Positions 57,424 to 64,000 of a stretch of DNA of 64,000 bases are shown piece after piece. A program made the translations under genes and the position numbers. The first letter of the stretch is position 1; each line of letters opens with the position of its first letter. The notes beneath the pieces were generated by a model. It searched no databases, had not been told where the DNA came from, and worked only from the letters and a program-made list of their open reading frames with translations. This DNA is from an uncultured archaeon (GTDB taxonomy: Archaea; Aenigmatarchaeota; Aenigmatarchaeia; CG10238-14; SCSR01): assembly GCA_964366355.1 (NCBI GenBank), contig CAYITO010000001.1, positions 2,459-66,458 of the forward strand, read 5' to 3'.

Positions 57424-57554
57424 AAAAACTATAACTTTTATTGCAAATGAAGATATTTATATTTGATTATCGACAATTGAATAGTAAAAATCATAAATTG
57501 TGAAGATAAAAAAATTAAAGAACTAATAAAGAAGTATATTCTTATGAAAAAAAT

Positions 57555-57905
57555 ATGACTATTCTTATATCACTAATTATTACAGTCACTTTCGGTGTAC
57601 TTGCTTATATCTATGTCAGCAGTGGTTTACACATTGTTGAAGCAAATTGCGTCGGTGATATAATAACTGTTACCATAAAAAATGGTAGTGGATCGCAGAT
57701 TGATAATGTTTCTGTAGAGGCTGTACAGCCCGATGGAAGAACCAGCGGTTCATGTGTTATTGGGGACATGAGTGCTGGCGGTAAGGGTAGTTGTATGATT
57801 AACAGGCCTAGTGGAGCTAGTATAGGAACATACAAAGTAAGTGTAACCGTATCGGGGGCTGCAGTAATTACAGGAAATGTAGTTTGTTCAGCCACAGGCG
57901 TTTAG
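57555..57905 (+). CDS. Small N-terminally anchored or secreted Gly/Ser/Cys-rich protein
   Basis: N-terminal hydrophobic helix. 116 aa. Confidence 0.4.
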   Translation: MTILISLIITVTFGVLAYIYVSSGLHIVEANCVGDIITVTIKNGSGSQIDNVSVEAVQPDGRTSGSCVIGDMSAGGKGSCMINRPSGASIGTYKVSVTVSGAAVITGNVVCSATGV

Positions 57906-57979
57906 ATTATTAATGAACATTTCATGGCAGCAAATAGAATGATATAAATAAAAACACAGAATTTAACTAAAGATTTATT

Positions 57980-58603
57980 ATGACTATTACACCCACACGC
58001 TCGACATTATTGAAGTTGAAAAAGACCATCAAGCTGGCAGTGGCTGGACATTCTCTCTTGAAGAGAAAGCGAGACGGTTTGATACAAGAATTCTTCAAGG
58101 TGCTTGGGCAGGCGAAAGAGTTCCAGTCGAAATTGCAGGAAAATTATCAAAAGGCCAAAGGGGCGATAAATTTGGCACGGGCTGTAGACGGGAGTGCTGT
58201 GGTGAAATCTGCATCATTCGCACACAAGGACAGTGCAGAGATAGAGCTTGAAACTAGGAACGTGATGGGAGTGATAGTTCCAAAAATCACCAGCGATTAT
58301 CATGTTGAAGCATTCCATACTCGAGGTTATGGTATCATTGGCACATCTGGGTATATAGATGATGCAGCAGAATCATACGAACAGGTTTTGAAAGACGTGA
58401 TTACAATCGCCGAAATCGAGACGGCATTGAAGAAATTGCTGATAGAGATAGACAAAACTAAAAGGCGTGTTAATGCGCTGGAATTCAGGGTGATACCAAG
58501 GTTGCAGGGCGATGCGAAATATGTGAAACAAAGATTAGAGGAAATGGAGAGGGACGACGTCTTTAGGTTGAAAAGGATTAAGGCAAAGAAAGCAGTCAAA
58601 TGA
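57980..58603 (+). CDS. atpD: A1A0 ATP synthase subunit D
   Basis: ..TRSTLLKLKKTIKLAVAGHSLLKRKRDGLIQEF.., the conserved subunit D N-terminus. Confidence 0.85.
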   Translation: MTITPTRSTLLKLKKTIKLAVAGHSLLKRKRDGLIQEFFKVLGQAKEFQSKLQENYQKAKGAINLARAVDGSAVVKSASFAHKDSAEIELETRNVMGVIVPKITSDYHVEAFHTRGYGIIGTSGYIDDAAESYEQVLKDVITIAEIETALKKLLIEIDKTKRRVNALEFRVIPRLQGDAKYVKQRLEEMERDDVFRLKRIKAKKAVK

Positions 58604-58607
58604 ATTT

Positions 58608-58991
58608 TTAGTTTTTGCTGCCAGCTCTTCTGAGTAAAATTTTACTATACTGGTCCACCAGCCTCTGAACATCTTCTGAATTAGTTCCAGCGCGTCTGCT
58701 TAAGTTTAAGTAATGAGTTATATCTCCGACCTCTACACCTGTTTCCGCACAGTCCCTAAGTCTAGACAAAATGGCGCTGTTACGCAGACTTTCCATGCCA
58801 AGAAGAAGACTAATTGATTGAATACTAACCAGATATCCCAATTGATTTAGAAAAATATTTTGTAAAGGTGTATAACTTCTTCCATACGGTTGAATTGCCG
58901 AAGAGGTTACCATAAATAATAATTTGTTTTCGCTTTTTAACTCCTTTTCTATTGTGCAAAGTAAATTATTTGTATAGCAATTCTGAATCAT
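58608..58991 (-). CDS. Hypothetical protein
   Basis: 127-aa ORF in an otherwise empty 350-nt gap. No motif. Confidence 0.3.
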   Translation of the reverse strand: MIQNCYTNNLLCTIEKELKSENKLLFMVTSSAIQPYGRSYTPLQNIFLNQLGYLVSIQSISLLLGMESLRNSAILSRLRDCAETGVEVGDITHYLNLSRRAGTNSEDVQRLVDQYSKILLRRAGSKN

Positions 58992-58996
58992 TATTC

Positions 58997-59500
58997 ATGG
59001 CATTTGCAGACTTTTGGCGTTTGATGGCAGCAATCGGCGATTTTGAAGTCTGGCTGGCAATAGTTTTCTTAATTCTGGCACTTTATGCTGTATTTCCGAA
59101 ATCAAAGAAACATAGAATTGCATTTTTAGTATTCGTTCTCGTGCCCTCACTTTTTATTTCTGCTGGTATAACTGAATTGCTCAAGATTTATACACAGATA
59201 CCGCGACCATGCCTTGGACAGGCAGACTGCCCTTCTAATTTTTCATTCCCAAGCGGGCATGCCGCAGCAATGTTTGCACTGGCTGCTGCAGTGGCACTGA
59301 ACAACAAAAATTTGGGAATTAAATCTGCTTTCGCAATCTTGGCCATCTTGGTTTCAATTTCTAGGGTTGCATTGAATTACCATACGTATGCCGATATAAT
59401 CGGCGGCGCATTCGTTGGGATTTCCACGGTATATTTGATCGAAATTTTATATAAGCGAAACATCTTAAGCTTAAAAGCTTTCAAGTCAATAATCTCTTGA
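58997..59500 (+). CDS. PAP2-family (type 2 phosphatidic acid phosphatase) membrane phosphatase
   Basis: ..FSFPSGHAAAMFA.. and ..SRVALNYHTYADIIGG.. PAP2 motifs. Confidence 0.7.
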   Translation: MAFADFWRLMAAIGDFEVWLAIVFLILALYAVFPKSKKHRIAFLVFVLVPSLFISAGITELLKIYTQIPRPCLGQADCPSNFSFPSGHAAAMFALAAAVALNNKNLGIKSAFAILAILVSISRVALNYHTYADIIGGAFVGISTVYLIEILYKRNILSLKAFKSIIS

Positions 59501-59787
59501 TGGCTAATTACATTCCCAAAAAAATCTCTCAGGTTACAAAAACAGATTCAAGAGTTTCTGTAATCGGCAAGATCCTGGATGTCGGCAATAATTCTTTTGT
59601 ACTGCAAGACGATGCAAGCACGACAGAAGTATTCTCAGATATCCCGGCAGAAAAGGACAAGTTAGTCCGAATCTACTGCTCTGTCATAGAAGGGCGATTG
59701 AAGGCAGATGTAATCCAGGACTTGACAGGCTTCGATTTTCCTCTATTTAAAAAAGTTGAAGAACTATATAATAAAGCAGGTGTTTGA
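59497..59787 (+). CDS. Small OB-fold-like protein
   Basis: 96-aa ORF. Beta-rich prediction by eye only. Confidence 0.4.
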   Translation: MMANYIPKKISQVTKTDSRVSVIGKILDVGNNSFVLQDDASTTEVFSDIPAEKDKLVRIYCSVIEGRLKADVIQDLTGFDFPLFKKVEELYNKAGV

Positions 59788-59788
59788 A

Positions 59789-60541
59789 TTGTTCAAAGCA
59801 ACATTGGCAGAACCGCAACTTCTAGTCAACTCAATTTCAACCATTGCAGAATTGATAGATGAAGGTTTGTTCAAGATTTCTAAAAATGGCATTAGTTTGG
59901 TTGCAGCGGACCGGGCGATGGTCGCTGTCGTTGATTTCAGTTTGTCATTAGGCGCTTTCCAGAATTACGAGTTGGAAGAGGAGCAGACAATAGGGCTGAA
60001 CATAACCAATCTGTTGTCGGTTTTGAAAAGGGCTACAAGCAATGACAAGATCTCCTTGAATCTGCATGGCAAGAAGCTGGAGATTTTATTGGATGGCAGC
60101 AGCAAGAGGAAGTTCACAGTTCCTTTGCTTGATTTGAGCCAGGAGGAAGTCCCGCCGATAGACCAGTTGGAATTTACTGCAGGAGCAGAAATAAAGCCGG
60201 AAGTTTTGCAGTCTGGAGTTGATGACGCGGAGATAATTTCAGATTCTGTTGTTTTTGAGATATCGCCAAGTATATTTTTGATGAAGGCCGAAGGCGATGT
60301 GAGCAGAGCAGAATTGGAACTCGAGAAGGGCAACCAAGCCTTGATTGATATAAAATCAGACAGCAATGCAAAATCCAGATACCCTTTGGATTATTTGAAG
60401 AAGATGATGAAGGCAGGCAAGGTTGCAGATTCAGTTGGAATAAAGTTCGGGCAGGACTATCCGATGAAGCTGTCTTTCAAGTCAGGCGACAAATGCTCTT
60501 TGCAATTCATTTTAGCACCGAGAGTCGCTGAGAACGAATAA
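59789..60541 (+). CDS. pcn: PCNA sliding clamp
   Basis: MFKATLAEPQLLVNSISTIAELIDEGLFKIS.. matches the archaeal PCNA N-terminus. Probable TTG start at 59789, 6 nt after an AGGTG, though the track ORF starts at 59756. C-terminal ..LAPRVAE.. Confidence 0.8.
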   Translation: MFKATLAEPQLLVNSISTIAELIDEGLFKISKNGISLVAADRAMVAVVDFSLSLGAFQNYELEEEQTIGLNITNLLSVLKRATSNDKISLNLHGKKLEILLDGSSKRKFTVPLLDLSQEEVPPIDQLEFTAGAEIKPEVLQSGVDDAEIISDSVVFEISPSIFLMKAEGDVSRAELELEKGNQALIDIKSDSNAKSRYPLDYLKKMMKAGKVADSVGIKFGQDYPMKLSFKSGDKCSLQFILAPRVAENE

Positions 60542-60580
60542 ATTTTATAATCAGCCGGCGATAATTTCTAATAGAGTTCA

Positions 60581-61249
60581 ATGAATACTGACAGGGCTTT
60601 GGATGAAATAACTTGGTTCGGACATGCCAGCTTCTTGATACATGACAAACTAAATAATAAAAACATATATTATCTTGATCCTTTTGATTTCAAGGAAAAA
60701 CCCAAAGAAACAGCCGACATAATTTTTATCACTCACGCACATTACGACCATTGGAGCCCCAAGGACATACAGAAAATTTTGGATGATGAGACGATAGTTG
60801 TAGGCGTGAATGGGTGCGAGGGAATGAAGCTTCCGGAAGAAAGGTTTATGATAACCGAGCCCAACCGAGAGTTTGAGTTGAAGGGAATAAAAATAAAAAC
60901 CGTTCCTGCATACAACATCAGGCCCGAGAGATTGCAATTCCATCCGAAAGCAAACAAGTGGGTAGGCTACATATTGGAGGTAAACAATGTTAAAATCTAC
61001 CATGCAGGAGACACAGATTTTATACCTGAAATGAAAAATCTGGGAAAGGTCAATGTTGCAATGCTTCCAATGGGAGGGACTTATACGATGGACGTCGACG
61101 AATCTATACAGGCCGCTAATGCAATCAAGGCAGAGGTAACTGTTCCGATGCACTACAGAACTCTGCTGAAAGATTTCGAGTCTGCTGAAAAAAGGTTCAA
61201 AGCTGGCGTCAAGGGCAGGGTTGAAATTCTGGATGAAGTTGCTGCCTGA
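60581..61249 (+). CDS. Metallo-beta-lactamase-fold hydrolase
   Basis: ..IFITHAHYDHW.. HxHxDH motif. Confidence 0.75.
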   Translation: MNTDRALDEITWFGHASFLIHDKLNNKNIYYLDPFDFKEKPKETADIIFITHAHYDHWSPKDIQKILDDETIVVGVNGCEGMKLPEERFMITEPNREFELKGIKIKTVPAYNIRPERLQFHPKANKWVGYILEVNNVKIYHAGDTDFIPEMKNLGKVNVAMLPMGGTYTMDVDESIQAANAIKAEVTVPMHYRTLLKDFESAEKRFKAGVKGRVEILDEVAA

Positions 61250-61252
61250 TGC

Positions 61253-61417
61253 TTACTTTCCTGCCAGTTTGTTTTTCTTCACGAAAGCCCAAAGTTTCTT
61301 CGTCATTTGACTTGGAGCCAATCCCCCTGTCCCGAAGATTTTCGAGATAGGCCAATCCTTGACTTTCTTGAAGTTTACGCTATATCCGCCGAATGGTTTC
61401 TTTGCTATTTTGATCAA
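61253..61417 (-). CDS. Small basic peptide resembling the N-terminal half of a SWIB/MDM2 domain
   Basis: Manual translation gives (TTG)IKIAKKPFGGYSVNFKKVKDWPISKIFGTGGLAPSQMTKKLWAFVKKNKLAGK, preceded by AGGAGG. Compare the SWIB consensus ..LAEFLG..MSRTEVVKKLWDYIKENNL. Confidence 0.3.
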   Translation of the reverse strand: MIKIAKKPFGGYSVNFKKVKDWPISKIFGTGGLAPSQMTKKLWAFVKKNKLAGK

Positions 61418-61454
61418 CCTCCTTTAGAAACGTTATTTTCTTAGAATAAAAGCA

Positions 61455-62468
61455 TTGCTACCAACCCCAGTTTTAACAATCAACATATTCTGGCTAGAGC
61501 AAATAATACTTATGCTCAGCAAACTGATTGTCTTGCTAATTTTGATAATGACAGGACTTTATTTCCTAAACCAATTCAATTCCGCACAAATCACTCCCGA
61601 AACTAAGCAACAAACACTAAAGCCAGTAACCATTCCACCATCACTTCTAGACTATCCGAATTTAAGATGGAACCACATGCCACTTACCGTCTTCATAAAT
61701 CCAGCTGCCTCAAAAGAGTCATACATATCTGATGTCAAGCTTGCGATGGCATTATGGAAGGATGCGACAAACGGCATGATTTCCTTCGAATTGACAAAGT
61801 CAAAAGACGCCGACATAACAATCGAATGGGTTGGCGAACTGAAAACAAATTCCTTGGATGCAGCTGGCGACACGAACATCAACTTCTACAATCAGACAGC
61901 ATTCAAAATTATAAACAACGCCACCATAGAGCTGCTGGACAAAATAGATTCGAAAGAACTTAATGATTTTGACATGACAAACTTGGCAATACATGAAATA
62001 GGACACGCATTAGGCTTGAGCCATAATGATGCTAAAGACAGTGTGATGAACCCAGTCTTGAAAATTCCATCAAAAGAAATCAAACCAATCACAAAGCAGG
62101 AAATCCAGCTTTTGCTTGACACCTACAAAATCCAGCCAAAGCCCGACCTATACATCTCAACAAATTCCACAGTTACAAAAATCGTCGATACGCGTCTCTT
62201 CAAGGAAAACTATTATATCAATACCGTGATTGCTGTAGAGAACAACGGATTGATCACTTCCACAAACACTACAATGCTGATAAAAGCCGGTGGCATGATA
62301 GTGCGGGAAGACAATCTGCCGGAAATCCCTGTCGGTGCAATCTTCACCAGAACCTATGTCAACCAGCCGGTAAGCGGAAATTTCAGTAATGTTGAAATAA
62401 TTCTGGATTCTGACAACCTTGTAGACGAACTTAACGAGGCAAACAATCTTTTAATTTTGAAAGCTTGA
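61455..62468 (+). CDS. Secreted or membrane-anchored matrixin-like zinc metalloprotease (metzincin, M10-like)
   Basis: N-terminal TM/signal, ..AIHEIGHALGLSHNDAKDSVMNP.. (HExxHxxGxxH plus Met-turn). Confidence 0.7.
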   Translation: MLPTPVLTINIFWLEQIILMLSKLIVLLILIMTGLYFLNQFNSAQITPETKQQTLKPVTIPPSLLDYPNLRWNHMPLTVFINPAASKESYISDVKLAMALWKDATNGMISFELTKSKDADITIEWVGELKTNSLDAAGDTNINFYNQTAFKIINNATIELLDKIDSKELNDFDMTNLAIHEIGHALGLSHNDAKDSVMNPVLKIPSKEIKPITKQEIQLLLDTYKIQPKPDLYISTNSTVTKIVDTRLFKENYYINTVIAVENNGLITSTNTTMLIKAGGMIVREDNLPEIPVGAIFTRTYVNQPVSGNFSNVEIILDSDNLVDELNEANNLLILKA

Positions 62469-62658
62469 AAGAAAAAGGAAATGGGGAAAGAGAGGCTAAT
62501 GGTTTTCTGCTTTCCCCAAAGACAGGTTGACAGACGCGCTAGATTAGCTCGTAAAATTATATTGAACATTATGTATTACATTCTTTGTGAAAAGCTGGTA
62601 CAGAACCATGTTCTACAGATAAAAATAGTTAAAAACACTAAATCTTATTGATTGTGAT

Positions 62659-63357
62659 ATGGCAGTATTGATACCTCTCTGGTTCTATGTCTTCAGTTCT
62701 GTTACTTATATCATTGCGTCATTAGCCGGGATTCTTCTCACTTACTTCGCATTAAAACTCTACAAGCTCACAGGCAAGCGCGAGCAGAGGTTTCTGTTCC
62801 AAGCAATGGGGTTCATTACCTTGGGTTTTGTAATTTTATCCATCGCCAACATCTACGGCTATTTCCACTTCCAGTATTGCTTCCCTGCATGCCAGTTCGA
62901 TGTCACGGATCCTAACTATACCCTAATAATCAAGAGCGGAAATTACGCCTATTATGTGGCAAGCCTTCTCGGCTACATACTCTTGGCAATGACCTACTTG
63001 AAGACAATAAAGATAGACAAGCTCTTTGTCGTGATGCCGCTTAATTTGGCTCTGATATTCCAATCGTTGCAGCACGGATTCCTATACCCATTTGACAATT
63101 TCGTATTCCAGCTCTTCCACCTCCTGTCGATAATAATCCTTTCCTACATAAACTTCAACACGATAACCAACTATCTGGTTCTGAAGACCAAGCACAGTTT
63201 TCCTGTGATGGTGGGCTTCCTTTTCATCGGCGCGTATCATTTCCTGATGGCGCTAACGCCATTTAAGCCGATAGTTTTTGCCGCTGCGCATCTCTCATTG
63301 CTGGTAGGTTTGGCATCACTGTTATGGATGCTTGTGCAGGTGAACAGGCGTGGCTGA
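62659..63357 (+). CDS. Integral membrane protein, unknown function
   Basis: Six to seven predicted TM helices. Confidence 0.45.
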   Translation: MAVLIPLWFYVFSSVTYIIASLAGILLTYFALKLYKLTGKREQRFLFQAMGFITLGFVILSIANIYGYFHFQYCFPACQFDVTDPNYTLIIKSGNYAYYVASLLGYILLAMTYLKTIKIDKLFVVMPLNLALIFQSLQHGFLYPFDNFVFQLFHLLSIIILSYINFNTITNYLVLKTKHSFPVMVGFLFIGAYHFLMALTPFKPIVFAAAHLSLLVGLASLLWMLVQVNRRG

Positions 63358-63370
63358 GCGTCGCTCCAAG

Positions 63371-63628
63371 ATGCAGGTGTTGACTGACATACTGAGAGTG
63401 ATACAGAGGGAAGGCGGAACAGCCAAGCCAACGCACATCCTTTACAAGGCAAACCTGTCCCACAAGCTCCTGAAAAGCCACTTGAGCCTGCTGATGGAAA
63501 AGGGCTTCGTAGAACAGAGGCAATACGGCGACAAAATCCACTATTCTGTTACATTGAAAGGCGCCAAGTTCATGGAAGAGTTCAGGAAAGTTGAGAAGCT
63601 GTCGTCGGCATTCGGCCTGTCGGTTTGA
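63371..63628 (+). CDS. Small winged-helix DNA-binding protein (transcriptional regulator)
   Basis: ..MQVLTDILRVIQREGGTAKPTHILYKANLSHKLLKSHLSLLMEKGFVEQ.. wHTH pattern. Confidence 0.5.
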   Translation: MQVLTDILRVIQREGGTAKPTHILYKANLSHKLLKSHLSLLMEKGFVEQRQYGDKIHYSVTLKGAKFMEEFRKVEKLSSAFGLSV

Positions 63629-63631
63629 CTC

Positions 63632-63970
63632 TCATTTTGAGACAATAAATGTAGGCACATATCGATACTTGAGCTTTCTTGCATCTGCATGAGTAAAATG
63701 TTTCATCAGATGTATCCAGAATGGGCTCAAAAGCAAAGTTATGGCTATTACGATGCTTATAATCTGAAAGCCAAAATTCTGTATAATGCCGATTTCCAAG
63801 CCGAATGCTGCAAGAACGAAGCTGAATTCCCCGATTTGCGAAAGCAGCGCGCCTGAATACAGGCTTTCTTCCCAATCCTCGCCAAGAAATCTAAAGACAG
63901 CTGCATTGACAAACGTGTTGGTGAGGAATACGGCCACTACCAGCAGTGAAATTATGACTATGTTTTGCAT
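63632..63970 (-). CDS. Membrane protein, N-terminal part beyond window edge
   Basis: Hydrophobic ORF running off the window end. Confidence 0.35.
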   Translation of the reverse strand: MQNIVIISLLVVAVFLTNTFVNAAVFRFLGEDWEESLYSGALLSQIGEFSFVLAAFGLEIGIIQNFGFQIISIVIAITLLLSPFWIHLMKHFTHADARKLKYRYVPTFIVSK

Positions 63971-64000
63971 CAGAAATGCCAGGTTGATTATAGCTCCTAT

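Noticed and set aside
1-64000. Genome-wide UGA recoding as the explanation for the in-frame TGA at 1338
   Set aside because: Long standard-code ORFs (SerRS, TyrRS, CysRS, AtpA/B, GlnA, the 1638-aa Rhs) are uninterrupted, so TGA functions as a stop elsewhere.
1-64000. CRISPR arrays, rRNA genes, transposases and integrases
   Set aside because: No short direct-repeat and spacer periodicity, no rRNA-like conserved stretches, and no DDE or tyrosine-recombinase motifs found on reading.

Overview
AT-rich (~38% GC by eye) archaeal chromosome segment with a reduced, DPANN-like gene content. Archaeal hallmarks seen directly: ribosomal proteins S4e, S27e, L44e and L40e, aSUI1, RNase P Rpp29, TFS, PCNA, GINS, a fused PriS-PriL primase (as reported for Nanoarchaeum), an A1A0-ATPase operon, an archaeal signal peptidase, and a class III signal-peptide pilin with an A24 prepilin peptidase. 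Main contents: (1) a partial r-protein cluster (S19 to S14) interrupted by non-ribosomal genes (msrB and small unknown ORFs) and flanked by the pilin/peptidase pair; (2) SerRS, TyrRS, CysRS and tRNA-Cys(GCA); (3) thrC, a beta-CASP RNase, apgM and enolase, MscS, HtpX, CorA, two sHSPs, a HicAB toxin-antitoxin pair, and M48/M20/M10-type peptidases; (4) the A-type ATPase operon atpHIKECFAB, with atpD displaced by an opposite-strand glnA. (5) The most striking region is a ~10 kb minus-strand cluster (38.4-48.3 kb) of five consecutive genes for secreted proteins: an N-glycosylation-sequon-rich YD-repeat surface protein, a small YD fragment, and a 1638-aa SpvB / FG-GAP / RHS-repeat (Tc-toxin BC-like) polymorphic toxin. 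The toxin has a conserved Rhs core, a C-terminal domain with a candidate PD-(D/E)xK nuclease motif, and a tightly overlapping downstream candidate immunity gene. Its start overlaps by 1 nt the stop of an upstream 651-aa secreted protein. An Rhs/Tc-like toxin-immunity system in a DPANN-type archaeon is the main candidate for a novel system. A second notable finding is a pilin ORF and a DNRLRE-domain ORF joined in one frame across a single TGA. No CRISPR arrays, rRNA genes or obvious transposases were seen.
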